64,000 bases of DNA from an uncultured bacterium (GCA_902761035.1 CACWIW010000006.1:14462-78461); one strand, 5' to 3'; counted from the first letter of the stretch, positions 41,444 through 51,391 are shown. Notes: generated by a model not told the origin, from the letters alone. Made by a program: numbers and translations.

Positions 41444-42416
41444 TGAAAGACTCCTTCTTTACTTCAACAGGATTGTTTCCAAGACGCTTTAGGTTAACAT
41501 GGGCGAAAAGATCGTCAACGAGAGCATCCCAAGTGAGGCCCTTTTCGGCGGCGAGTTCGCGGAGTGTCTTCAATTCTGGTACACTCTTGATGCACTCAGG
41601 ATGTCCGTTGTTACGGCAGATATACTCAAACACCATGTACACCGCATGACCATGCGGAATGCCGTAGTGCGAGGTAAGGTAGTACGAAAACGCATGCGCG
41701 GCAGTGGTGCGAGAGATGTCAATCGCCCTTCCCGCCCAGTAGCTTGCCTCCGGCCAATTATCCTCCTTCATCAGCGCAAGCGCACGGTTCGCATACTCTT
41801 TCGATTCCACCGTGGCGCCCTTCGCCCAAAGCGACTCCACTGCTTGCGCGTATGCGTCAAAGTTTGTCGCCGCCTTCTGGTACGGCGTCTGCGTGGCAGA
41901 AAACTCTGGAACAAGTGCAACGTCCGAAGGACGTATCACCTCGAAGTCGATGGAGTACTTAACCTCTCCATCATAACACACCGCAAACCGCGTTGCCTCG
42001 GCGCCAGTGCCGGCTGTTGTCGGAACAGCCATGCACGGCAAGACTTTCGATGGCGCGGACTTGTTCGTTAGAAGCTCCTTGACTGACATCCTGGAAACAA
42101 TCGCGAGATTAAGCAGCTTCGCAGTATCAATCGGAGTTCCCCCGCCTACGGCGATAAAACCATCTACAGGTTCCTTGTTCTCTGAAAGCAACGCCTGGAC
42201 CTCTTCTACTTTGGGATTTGCACTGGGAACGGCAAGATGCGTGATGATTGGTTTATTAACGCAGAGACGCAGAGACGCAGAGATTAAATCCTCCGCACCG
42301 CAAAGTCCATACGATGCTCCCCCCGTCACGAGGCAGATGTGAGACTTGCTTGTAGAAAACTTAACCAGAGCCTCTACAGCATTTTCCCTACCAACTACTA
42401 ATTTTTGTTCAGCCAT
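41436..42416 (-). CDS. Fe-alcohol dehydrogenase (phosphonoacetaldehyde reductase-like), copy B
   Basis: Near-identical to copy A and overlaps the ppm start by 8 nt in the same way. Confidence 0.7.
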   Translation of the reverse strand: MAEQKLVVGRENAVEALVKFSTSKSHICLVTGGASYGLCGAEDLISASLRLCVNKPIITHLAVPSANPKVEEVQALLSENKEPVDGFIAVGGGTPIDTAKLLNLAIVSRMSVKELLTNKSAPSKVLPCMAVPTTAGTGAEATRFAVCYDGEVKYSIDFEVIRPSDVALVPEFSATQTPYQKAATNFDAYAQAVESLWAKGATVESKEYANRALALMKEDNWPEASYWAGRAIDISRTTAAHAFSYYLTSHYGIPHGHAVYMVFEYICRNNGHPECIKSVPELKTLRELAAEKGLTWDALVDDLFAHVNLKRLGNNPVEVKKESFNA

Positions 42417-42420
42417 ATCC

Positions 42421-43830
42421 TCATGCCCCTTTACCATGCAGTGCAAAGAAAACAATTCCAATAAGAGACCAGATGCCCAGCATCATGTATGCCTGCTTGT
42501 TAAGGCAACCCGGCATTCCCGGGATGAGCAGCAGCGCGATAAAACCGAGGGATAGGATGGTTCCTAGCACTGCAAGGCATCGCAGAGCCGTCCTTGGCTG
42601 TGCCTCAAGACCCTGTGAACGTCTTCTGCGGATTGTCACAAAGCAACTCCAGGCTGCATACCCAAAACCAATCGCCCCGCCAATCGCCGCCATGTCCACG
42701 AACCATCCAAGCGCCGTGCGCCCAAACCACGGACCAACTACCGAGAACACCAGACAGAAGAGGATTGCGTTCGCAGGAGTACCATGCGCGGGGTGAAGCT
42801 TCGCAAACATTGCAGGAATATACCCATCCCGTGCCATCGAATAGAGCAGACGGCTTGTAGCCGTAAGAAAGCCAAGTATGCCGGTCAAAATTGCACTTGC
42901 CACAGCTATACCAAGCACCACCAGCCCCGCCTTGCCCATCAGCGCCTCCACGGCCGCGCCAACTGCCCAGTCATGCTGTTTGACGAATTCCGTCCACTCC
43001 GGCGATGCCGCCGCCGTCACGAGGTTGTTACAGGAATACACCACGCATCCAAAGGCGATTGCCACAATCATGATCAGGTTTACCTTGCCAATCGAGAAAT
43101 TAAACTCCTCAGCTGCCTGCGGAATCGTCTCGAATCCAACGTACGCCCACGGCGCTACCGCCACAATCGCCAGGATGCCGCTCATGGCTTGCTTGGAGAA
43201 CAAGCTCGTGCAGTGGGTGGAAGGCCCCCAGAGCGGAACAAGGTTTGACCAGTGCGTAATCGGACTGAATAACGCCGAGATGGTAATCACCAGAAAGGCT
43301 GTCGCAAGAGAGATTGCCATGATCGACTGCACCAAGCCCGATTTCTTAATGCCGCGAATCGAGAGCCACGAGACAATCACCAAAACCACAATGGAAAGCA
43401 ATACCTCCCCGAGCCAGATATCATATCCCGCCACTTGATACAGTTTGCCGAACTGAAACACGCCGAAGAACAACTTGCGCGTCATCAATCCCAACGCCGT
43501 GCAGTTCATGGGGACATTCGCCAAATAGGCCAATGCCAGAAACCAACCGCAAAAGCACGCATGTTTGTCGCCAAAGCACTCTCGCGCAAAGTTGATCTCG
43601 CCTCCGGCCTTGGGATGAAGCGACACCATGTAGCTGTAGCTGAAGGCGATGACCACCATGATCAGCGCCCCAATGACCATAGCAATAGTCGTACCAAGCG
43701 TTCCAGCCGTAGGAAGGAAAGTCGTTCCGGGCATCATGAACGCACCCCATCCTACGATGCAGCCAAACGCCAGCGCCCACACGCTCATCGGCGAGAGGTC
43801 GCGCTTGAATCTGGTCTTGTCCGATGACAT
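42421..43830 (-). CDS. APC-superfamily amino acid permease, copy B
   Basis: 469 aa, about 95% identical to copy A. Confidence 0.65.
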   Translation of the reverse strand: MSSDKTRFKRDLSPMSVWALAFGCIVGWGAFMMPGTTFLPTAGTLGTTIAMVIGALIMVVIAFSYSYMVSLHPKAGGEINFARECFGDKHACFCGWFLALAYLANVPMNCTALGLMTRKLFFGVFQFGKLYQVAGYDIWLGEVLLSIVVLVIVSWLSIRGIKKSGLVQSIMAISLATAFLVITISALFSPITHWSNLVPLWGPSTHCTSLFSKQAMSGILAIVAVAPWAYVGFETIPQAAEEFNFSIGKVNLIMIVAIAFGCVVYSCNNLVTAAASPEWTEFVKQHDWAVGAAVEALMGKAGLVVLGIAVASAILTGILGFLTATSRLLYSMARDGYIPAMFAKLHPAHGTPANAILFCLVFSVVGPWFGRTALGWFVDMAAIGGAIGFGYAAWSCFVTIRRRRSQGLEAQPRTALRCLAVLGTILSLGFIALLLIPGMPGCLNKQAYMMLGIWSLIGIVFFALHGKGA

Positions 43831-43832
43831 TC

Positions 43833-44954
43833 TCAGGAATTGTACCTTACATTGATGCCGTATGTCGTAATAGCGTCCTTCAAAACCTTCATGAAGTTTT
43901 CAATGTCACATGCATCAATTGCACCGAGAGCACAGAGTCTGAAAGTCTTCACCGATCCGACCTTGCCTGCGTAAATTGTGAAACCACGGTCACGACAATA
44001 ATCGTGTATCTTCTCGAAGGACCAGTTCGGGTCATCGGGATAGCAGACGGATATCACGAGGCCGGCTTGATATTCACGCTTGATGAGGCTGCGAAGTCCA
44101 ATCTCTGCAAGCCCTTTGTGAAGTGCTTCGAACACGCGGGTATGCCGTGCCCATTTTGCAGTCTCTCCCTCTGCAAAATACTCCTTCATCGCTTGCCTTG
44201 TCGCGTAGATGGTCTGGACAGGCGGCGTGAAATGCATCTCACCGGTCTTCTCGAAGAAATCATACTGACGAAAGAGATTACAGTAGAAGGATCTCTTCGG
44301 AAACGCAGCCGACTCCTTGATCTTGTCCTCGCGCCCGACCACAAAGGACAACCCCGTCATCGACTGCAAGCCCTTCTGCGCGCTTGCCATCAGAAAATCA
44401 ACATTGTCGTCGATTATGTTGATAGGGCGCATCGCGTATGTTGATGTCGTATCTACAATGAAGGTACAGCCATGTTTGTGGGCAACAGCACCGATCTCGC
44501 GTATTGGATTGAGTACTCCGGACCCGGTTTCGTGATGGGTAGTGTACACGAGAGCAACATCTGGGTTCTCGGCAAGAGCCTTGTCCACTAACGAAGGATC
44601 GACAGGCGTCTCAATCGGCAGACTCAAGTCTATGTGCGGCATGCCGTAATACCGGCATACATCTACCGCCCTGCTGGAATAAGCACCGTTGTTGGCCACG
44701 AGAATCTTCTTGTCTGCGGGAAGAAGCGAATTGAGGCAGACATCCATGTTCAACGTTCCTGATCCACAGAAGAGAACGCTCGTGTACCGCTCATCGCCAT
44801 GAACGACCTTCACCAAATCGCGACGGAGGTCTTTCATGATATCGAGGAACTCCTGTTCGCGCGGGCAAATGTCCGGTATCACCTGCGCCATCTTAACAGT
44901 GTCCGTTGTCGTTGCAGGACCAGGGTTCAACAATACATTACGTTTGACAGTCAT
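43833..44954 (-). CDS. phnW: 2-aminoethylphosphonate--pyruvate transaminase, copy B
   Basis: Near-identical to copy A. Confidence 0.75.
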   Translation of the reverse strand: MTVKRNVLLNPGPATTTDTVKMAQVIPDICPREQEFLDIMKDLRRDLVKVVHGDERYTSVLFCGSGTLNMDVCLNSLLPADKKILVANNGAYSSRAVDVCRYYGMPHIDLSLPIETPVDPSLVDKALAENPDVALVYTTHHETGSGVLNPIREIGAVAHKHGCTFIVDTTSTYAMRPINIIDDNVDFLMASAQKGLQSMTGLSFVVGREDKIKESAAFPKRSFYCNLFRQYDFFEKTGEMHFTPPVQTIYATRQAMKEYFAEGETAKWARHTRVFEALHKGLAEIGLRSLIKREYQAGLVISVCYPDDPNWSFEKIHDYCRDRGFTIYAGKVGSVKTFRLCALGAIDACDIENFMKVLKDAITTYGINVRYNS

Positions 44955-45008
44955 TTCATCGTACCTTTCTTTTGAGGGTGATTCTGGGGTTACGGCCGCA
45001 ATCGTTTC

Positions 45009-46211
45009 TCATGCGTCCGCCAAAGTTTTCATATAGAGCGCCTTGTTCACTTGCGGCGGCTCTTTCGGGCGTCCAAGGTCCTTGCGGGCGCCCTTCGCGA
45101 CTTTGAAAAGGATGAAGTTGGGTTTCTTGGGCAATTCATCACTATACTCGGACTTGTGCTGATTGAACTGCTCTTCCATCGAAATGAGCCAACGCATTCC
45201 AGAAGCGACATCATCAACGCCGATTCCTTGAGGATTGACGTACTGGTCTTGCGGAGACTGGAGGACATTGTAGCCCAGTTCTTCCGCAATCTTCTCGAAG
45301 TCGATCTCACCACCAACCGTTGGCTGACCACCAACCGAGTCGTGTGCGGCGTTGTTGAAGACGATGTGCGTGAGGTTGCCACATCCCGACTGTCCGACAA
45401 TCGCCATGTTGCCGAGGTGCATGATGCTGGCGCCGTCGCCGTCCAGGCAATAGACTTTACGATTCGGTTGCGCCTTGGCGATCCCAAGGGCGATCATTGA
45501 CGCATGGCCCATTGAGCCGACGGTCAGGAAGTCGCGCGAATGGTCCTGCCCGAGGCGTTCGCGCGTCTCATACACTTCACGCGAAATCATGCCGGTTGTC
45601 GAAACGACCACGGCGTCTTTCGGCAATGCCTTCAGAACGCCTTCGATCGCCTGTTCGCGCGGAAGCGTAGCGATGTTGGGTTTCTTGTTCTGCAATTTGT
45701 ATTCGGCAAAGAGTCCCTTTCGGACAACAAGCGCGACTGGACGCGATTCCGCCTTGGCGCGTTCGACCATCTTCCGCGTCAGTTCAAGCGCGGCGGCCTC
45801 GTCATCCGGCAAAATCTCCGTCGGGATGCCCAACGTCTCGAAGAGAGAGATGGTCACTTTACCTTGTTTCACGTGCTGTGGCTCGTCCTTCACGCCCGGC
45901 TCGCCCCGCCACCCAACGAGCAGAACCATCGGAATAGAGTAGACATCTGGATCGGCGAGTGATGCAAGCGGATTCACGGCATTGCCCTGTCCCGAGTTCT
46001 GCATGTACACGAGTGCTGGCATTCCCGTCGCAAGAAAATGCCCAGCCGCCAATCCAACCGCTCCACCTTCGTTCGCGGCAATCACGTGGTTCTTCCCGAA
46101 CGTATCGGTCACATACGCACAGAAGCTCTTCAACAGCGAATCCGGTACGCCTGCGAAGAACTCCACGCCCGCCGCCTTCAACCTATCAACAAACCTTTCA
46201 ACTTCAACCAT
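45009..46211 (-). CDS. ppd: Phosphonopyruvate decarboxylase, copy B (has about 30 extra residues near the C-terminus)
   Basis: MVEVERFVDRLKAAGVEFFAGVPDSLLKSFCAYVTDTFGKNHVIAANEGG.... Its 5' end and promoter are the sequence that is reiterated across the defence island. Confidence 0.8.
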   Translation of the reverse strand: MVEVERFVDRLKAAGVEFFAGVPDSLLKSFCAYVTDTFGKNHVIAANEGGAVGLAAGHFLATGMPALVYMQNSGQGNAVNPLASLADPDVYSIPMVLLVGWRGEPGVKDEPQHVKQGKVTISLFETLGIPTEILPDDEAAALELTRKMVERAKAESRPVALVVRKGLFAEYKLQNKKPNIATLPREQAIEGVLKALPKDAVVVSTTGMISREVYETRERLGQDHSRDFLTVGSMGHASMIALGIAKAQPNRKVYCLDGDGASIMHLGNMAIVGQSGCGNLTHIVFNNAAHDSVGGQPTVGGEIDFEKIAEELGYNVLQSPQDQYVNPQGIGVDDVASGMRWLISMEEQFNQHKSEYSDELPKKPNFILFKVAKGARKDLGRPKEPPQVNKALYMKTLADA

Positions 46212-46247
46212 CTCTCACCTTACCTCAACAATCATCTCACGTACACG

Positions 46248-46271
46248 GTACGTCACATATCGCAATATGTG
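46248..46271. promoter_or_regulatory. Operator-like imperfect palindrome GGTACGTCACATAT-N4-ATATGTG in the ppd-B promoter
   Basis: CACATAT/ATATGTG 7-bp inverted arms. It is reiterated at 46467, 52622, 54865, 61365 and 61610. Confidence 0.45.
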
Positions 46272-46466
46272 AAGCAACGCGGCAACGCTCCGCGCCCGTG
46301 GGGTATGCAGCCGAATACCTCATTCCTTCGCATTCTGATGTTTTAGCCACCATCGCGTTGCCGCATAGTGTAACCTATTTGTTGCGGGGTGTCAATGGGG
46401 AGACTTTGGATCTTCAGTTCCCAAACTCACCTTCACCACCACACACTTCACTCTGTCTGTCCACGC

Positions 46467-46491
46467 GGTACGTCACTTATCCGAATATGTG
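46467..46491. promoter_or_regulatory. Second copy of the operator-like palindrome (cacttatccgaatatgtg variant)
   Basis: ggtacgtcacttatccgaatatgtg. Confidence 0.4.
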
Positions 46492-46591
46492 ACGACGATA
46501 TTAGGAACCGCATCCGCATCTATCCTTTTCTGCAACTGTTCCCTGTGAGGGGAATCGACTACAGTGCATGAATGGGAAAAACCTTCGACGT

Positions 46592-47611
46592 TTACTGCGT
46601 GAGGCGAACTCGGAAGAATCTGGCCGTAGCACCGTCAGGAAGCGACCATGAGGTGCCAGTTGAATCTGGTTCCAGAATGACGGGCGAGGACCACTCATTC
46701 AGATTGCCTGTACCAATAACCGAAATGGTAAAACCAGTATGGTCTTCGACAACAGGAGGCGTGGTGATTACAGGTTTTCCGGAAGCGTCGAAGGATATCG
46801 ACAGCAGAGTTGTCTCACCGGAAACCAGACCTTCACCGAAGGTATAGACGAGCGCATTCGCCCACGTACCACCCCACTTGGCAGGTTTGGCGTCCCAGGC
46901 CGCATCTCCGCCCGAAAGACCGTTCGTTGACAACCACACTTGAAAACGATCCTCAACATGCACCGTCCACATTGTCTCCGTGATGTTGTAGCCGTCAGAG
47001 ATCGAGCAACTGACCGTATATACTCCGACCTCGGCTGGCGTGAACGTAAACGAACTGTCCGACGTATCACCCGACGAGGCATATTCCGCACAGTCGAAAT
47101 TGGGGTACTCAATGTTCACAACCCAACTATAGGTCAATTCGCTCAACTCGCTATCAGATGCGTTGACGCTGAACGCCAATCTTTCACCACGATTTGTGGC
47201 AATCTCCGAGGCATCTGGAGAGCGGGAAGTTACCTCGGGTGCCTGGTCGGGGATTGAGTAGATTGACGCCGTCGCCTCAGCCATTGTACCGTTTGAGTCT
47301 GTCACAGTCACGGTCACGGACTGTTCGCCCATCAGATTGTGGCCAATCGTCACGTAGAACCTAGCCGACAACTGGTCCGGAGACACATACGTATCGTACC
47401 AGGAGATGTCGCCTCCGCCACTAAACTCCCAGTTATACGACCCCACTCCGCCTGTCGCTATAGCCTCGAAGATCCATATCTGTCCCTCCGAAACGAAATA
47501 CATCGATTCGGTGAACGAGACTGTCAAAGGTTCAGTTTCATTTTCACCGTCCGCAAATCCTGGTATGGTGAACGCCAAGCAGGCGAGCAAAACACTGAAT
47601 TTGTTTTTCAT
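46592..47611 (-). CDS. Secreted/lipoprotein with Ig-like (PKD-type) repeats, unknown function
   Basis: Signal peptide MKNKFSVLLACLAFTIPGFA. Repeated YNWEFSGGG / YSWVVN beta-sandwich-like segments. The track ORF continues upstream in frame into a ppd 5' fragment (MVEVGRFVDGLKAADV). Confidence 0.5.
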   Translation of the reverse strand: MKNKFSVLLACLAFTIPGFADGENETEPLTVSFTESMYFVSEGQIWIFEAIATGGVGSYNWEFSGGGDISWYDTYVSPDQLSARFYVTIGHNLMGEQSVTVTVTDSNGTMAEATASIYSIPDQAPEVTSRSPDASEIATNRGERLAFSVNASDSELSELTYSWVVNIEYPNFDCAEYASSGDTSDSSFTFTPAEVGVYTVSCSISDGYNITETMWTVHVEDRFQVWLSTNGLSGGDAAWDAKPAKWGGTWANALVYTFGEGLVSGETTLLSISFDASGKPVITTPPVVEDHTGFTISVIGTGNLNEWSSPVILEPDSTGTSWSLPDGATARFFRVRLTQ

Positions 47612-47760
47612 GATGCTTCTCCTTCCATTAAAGCGTGGACTTGTATTCACATCCGCCGCCTTCAACCCATCAACAAACCTTCCAACTTCAACCATCTCTC
47701 ACCATCCAACCCGCCCACAAACCTTACAACCATCTCTTATCATCCCTTTTTGTCAAAACA
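47612..47760. repeat. ppd 5' fragment + promoter unit 1 (junction unit), with 23-bp perfect palindrome caaaacaggtcagacctgttttg
   Basis: acatccgccgccttcaacccatcaacaaaccttccaacttcaaccat (= MVEVGRFVDGLKAADV) followed by ctctcaccat...; the palindrome is at about 47750-47772. Confidence 0.7.
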
Positions 47761-47762
47761 GG

Positions 47763-47981
47763 TCAGACCTGTTTTGACATGGTGCCTCCTGCCTCGTCTC
47801 TGTCAAGTGTCCATGGCACGATGATGCGTCCACGCGCCGCATAGATGGGCCGCAACCGCTCTTGCAGCATGACCAGCTGCCGTACCTTCTCGGGATACGA
47901 CAAGGCCGCCTGACTCGCCCTGAAAGTCTCCTTGGCGTACTGCCTCTCGCTCAGAGGTCGCATTTTCACTGCAACTGCCAT
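47763..47981 (-). CDS. Small protein, possible antitoxin partner of the downstream NTase-like gene
   Basis: 72 aa. It overlaps the downstream ORF by 16 nt. There is no recognisable motif. Confidence 0.3.
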   Translation of the reverse strand: MAVAVKMRPLSERQYAKETFRASQAALSYPEKVRQLVMLQERLRPIYAARGRIIVPWTLDRDEAGGTMSKQV

Positions 47982-48472
47982 TTGTCAAACCTCTCTTTCA
48001 AGTTGAAGGTTGAGAGCAAACCCAGAAACTGCGACTCGGAAAACCCCCTGCTCAACTGAAGCATCTGCACGCGCAATTTGTCCTTGAGCCGCCCGGTTTT
48101 GACGCATATCGCCGCCAGATATTCGGCCAACATGACTTTTGTCTCAACACCTTCGTAGTCGAATGACCGCGCCTGAACAAGTGCTTCCTGCAGCAGAGCA
48201 TCATAGGCAGGAAGGAATTGAACCGGCGTTCCTTCAATGTTTATACATTCTTTTTCATACTCATCCGGCAGATATCCCCATTCTTTCAGCTTGCCGTAGA
48301 CAGGCGAAAGCGGCGCCAAGTCGGAATCATCAGGGAAAAGAACAAATATATCAAGATCCATCGTCGTGACGGTCTCAACATAAAACATGGCACCCATCGC
48401 ACCACCAATGGCATAGTCATCAATGACCTTTTCGCGCACCAGGCGATTCAAGACTTCAAGCGTCTTTTTCAT
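47966..48472 (-). CDS. Nucleotidyltransferase-fold protein (MNT/AbiEii-like), putative toxin
   Basis: YAIGGAMGAMFYVETVTTMDLDIFVLF fits the hG[GS]x(9-13)DhD Pol-beta-superfamily NTase signature. Confidence 0.4.
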   Translation of the reverse strand: MKKTLEVLNRLVREKVIDDYAIGGAMGAMFYVETVTTMDLDIFVLFPDDSDLAPLSPVYGKLKEWGYLPDEYEKECINIEGTPVQFLPAYDALLQEALVQARSFDYEGVETKVMLAEYLAAICVKTGRLKDKLRVQMLQLSRGFSESQFLGLLSTFNLKERFDKWQLQ

Positions 48473-48528
48473 ACCATAAGCCTTTCACACCATGCTCTGC
48501 GTGCGTGGGGACTAAAGTGATGCTCAAA

Positions 48529-48700
48529 GGGTCTGACCCCATTGGTGAAGTAGAAGTGGTGGAGTAGTTTTTTTCACAACACAGGTGTCGGTCACATACG
48601 CGCAGAAGCCCTTCAGCAGCGAATCCGGCACGCCAGCGAAGAACTCCACGCCAGAATCATTCAAACAATCAACAAATCTCTTAACTTCTACCATACCATC
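48529..48700. repeat. Junction unit 2: GGGTCTGACCCC palindrome + conserved linker + ppd 5' fragment (MVEVKRFVDCLNDSGVEFFAGVPDSLLKGFCAYVTDTCVVKK)
   Basis: gggtctgaccccattggtgaagtagaagtggtggagtagttttttt cacaacacaggtgtcggtcacatacgcgcagaagcccttcagcagcgaatccggcacgcc.... Confidence 0.75.
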
Positions 48701-48814
48701 AACCCTTCAGCGCCATTGTCGCAATCCAATCTGCCCCAAATGAACCAAATCATACCAACGACTGGTGGACATAACTTCGCAATTATAATATAAGAAATAG
48801 CATTTAAGCACACA

Positions 48815-51385
48815 TCAATCTGTAATTCTCGTCAAAACTGAGACTTGTTCAATCTCATTCAATATTTCTGTGTGAGGCTGTACTTTGGCTGCTATCTCTG
48901 CATAAATATCCGCATTTAATGCTTCAGAAACCTCGTATGTGACAAATAAAGCATATTTCACCGGCTCCACAATCGCTGCAGCATTCTGGCGGCAATTAAC
49001 CTTAACCGTTACATTTTCTGTATCAACAACTGCAATAGCACGTTCATTTACAAAAACTTCATGTTGCACTGTCCCTCGCTTTACCTTTCGATAATCCACT
49101 TCTGTTCGCACACCAATACTACTATCATCAAGGATATTAAACCACAGTTTTGCATTTCGATACTTTCTATTAGTTGTCGTTACAGGTGTCAACCACGCCA
49201 ATGTTACAGTAAACTTCTTATAGCCACGAAATGAATTGACAGAAGGTGGGAGCGGAAAAACGTATGTATGCGCTTTATTATTTTTTAATTGCCCATATCC
49301 AATAAGAGTTACTCGATGATCGCTACATTCAAGTACTCGACTAATGCAACTCAGCCCATAGCCAATGTACTTAGCTATTTTCTTTCGTCCTACTTCGTCC
49401 TTATCATTTAAGCCCAACTTGTCCCCTAGATTACTTCTAATGTCATCCCAACCGGAAGAATGAACAACCATCGCTTTAAGAAGGCATGCTATATATTTAT
49501 CAAACTCTTCCCTTCCAATTCTATTAAGCAGGACATCATACAGCGCTACATATCCTCGACAACAATTGTGTGTTATCAAAGCTGCAGAACAACTGGTTCC
49601 GCGAAAATAACATGTCCTATTCAATTCACCGGGGGCACCTGGACAAGCAACCTTTATCCCTGGAGCACCGCTCGTATTACAAATATTGTATTCGACAAAA
49701 TCAGGCCCACAAGAGCCACTGCCATATAATTGCCGACCGCCATCCATAACTACATCTGGTTTAACGGATCGATTATACCCATCCCCAACAGAAGTTATAG
49801 GACTTGGCATTACTTGTTCAAATGGATTATGTCTATATCCTAGCACAAACTCGGAACAACTATCATTATGAATTGAACCAACAGTAATCGCATTTACAGA
49901 CTCCGCAGGCGAAAGTAACCTTCTATTACGCAAATTTGAATTAATGAATCTGAAGAATAACACCTCTTGCGTTCTCCGATCTTTTGATTCAAATTCCCTT
50001 GCCCCAAGATTAAGCGTTATTTTATCAGCATGATTACCAGAGCTTACAATTATCAGCACATTATACTTATAACTAAGCCAGTCAATCAATCTTGCGAGCG
50101 GGCTCATATCACTAAAAAACTCGCGAGACTCATCCCCGAGTGAGAGATTAATCAGTTTTACTGTCGGTGCTGCTGGAGTTAACTGTCCCTCGCCCTCAAA
50201 AATTCGCCTAATAGCCCTGTGTAATAAATCTACAACAAATACATTTTCAGGTATTTGTTCCCGCCCGTTTTCATATTTGAATATTGGTCTGAGATATATC
50301 TTGCTATTAACTGGCGGCTCGTGTGTATTGAGATCACCATGCAACACAAGTGATGCCATCGCTGTTCCATGAATCTGGTTCTCGAATTGATAATCTTCCG
50401 CGAATTCATCTGGGTCATCTATAATTACCCTGTCCTTCAATAAAGTATGTTCAACTATAGGCAGACCGTCCAACACACCAACTATCGGTTCGGTACACAC
50501 GGCTTCAGTATCACCTGTTACCGTAGTATATGGCTCAACAAACTCCACTTCATCTCTTGTAATCACTTTATTTACGAATTGGCCACAGGGACGAACATAC
50601 ATTATCTCCTCTGCTTTTATAAACTCCGCGTCCCCAGATTCTATAATCTGGGAGACCACGCTCAATGGCATAGCTACCTTAAGAGCGTGATATTTAATTT
50701 CTTCAACACAACATGATGCTATCACCATTCCCTGAGATTCAACAACTAAGGACCTGATTCGTGATTCGGCCTCACTTCTTCTCATATTATCATTCCTATA
50801 CCACAATTCTATATCAAACCTTAGGAAGGTCTCCCCCATGTCGATTGCATGCCTCCAATCCTCCTCAATCCCCGTGTCATGCATTCTATCCTTAACACCC
50901 CAGCGTCGAACATCTTTCAACAAAATAAACAATTGCTTGAACTTTCCAAATCCATGTTCAAAGGTATAATCCGGATTCTCTTTATAATGTTTCCACAAAT
51001 TATATAACTGATCAAGTGCCGTCCTATTACTCATCATCAAATACAAACGCCCATCCGATTGCGTATCTAGTTCTTCATCGTCTTCGTTTATTCTATTTTC
51101 AACAAGCCATTCTAGCCCTTGAATTCTGGCCACACAATTATAAAATGCATCTATCTCACCTAACACCTCCAGAACCAATACCAATTCAGGTTCGACACCC
51201 ATTGCCGATTCTGCCAGATTAGCTCTTTCGGAAACAAAGTTCTCTCTAATGGCAGTTAATTTCGGAGAACAGCTATTCCAAACATCACTTACCGTCTGGC
51301 GGACTGGATGTCCATGACTCGACGGCAACGATTCGCGATCCGCCTCGCTTGGTCTTGGAAATATTAAGAGTGGCCTCTGTGGCAT
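48815..51385 (-). CDS. Subtilisin-like S8 serine peptidase (IetS-like)
   Basis: 856 aa with an S8 catalytic triad context: VGVLDGLP (Asp), HGTAMASLV (His), GTSCSAALITH (Ser). It is paired with the upstream AAA ATPase. Confidence 0.6.
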   Translation of the reverse strand: MPQRPLLIFPRPSEADRESLPSSHGHPVRQTVSDVWNSCSPKLTAIRENFVSERANLAESAMGVEPELVLVLEVLGEIDAFYNCVARIQGLEWLVENRINEDDEELDTQSDGRLYLMMSNRTALDQLYNLWKHYKENPDYTFEHGFGKFKQLFILLKDVRRWGVKDRMHDTGIEEDWRHAIDMGETFLRFDIELWYRNDNMRRSEAESRIRSLVVESQGMVIASCCVEEIKYHALKVAMPLSVVSQIIESGDAEFIKAEEIMYVRPCGQFVNKVITRDEVEFVEPYTTVTGDTEAVCTEPIVGVLDGLPIVEHTLLKDRVIIDDPDEFAEDYQFENQIHGTAMASLVLHGDLNTHEPPVNSKIYLRPIFKYENGREQIPENVFVVDLLHRAIRRIFEGEGQLTPAAPTVKLINLSLGDESREFFSDMSPLARLIDWLSYKYNVLIIVSSGNHADKITLNLGAREFESKDRRTQEVLFFRFINSNLRNRRLLSPAESVNAITVGSIHNDSCSEFVLGYRHNPFEQVMPSPITSVGDGYNRSVKPDVVMDGGRQLYGSGSCGPDFVEYNICNTSGAPGIKVACPGAPGELNRTCYFRGTSCSAALITHNCCRGYVALYDVLLNRIGREEFDKYIACLLKAMVVHSSGWDDIRSNLGDKLGLNDKDEVGRKKIAKYIGYGLSCISRVLECSDHRVTLIGYGQLKNNKAHTYVFPLPPSVNSFRGYKKFTVTLAWLTPVTTTNRKYRNAKLWFNILDDSSIGVRTEVDYRKVKRGTVQHEVFVNERAIAVVDTENVTVKVNCRQNAAAIVEPVKYALFVTYEVSEALNADIYAEIAAKVQPHTEILNEIEQVSVLTRITD

Positions 51386-51391
51386 AACATT

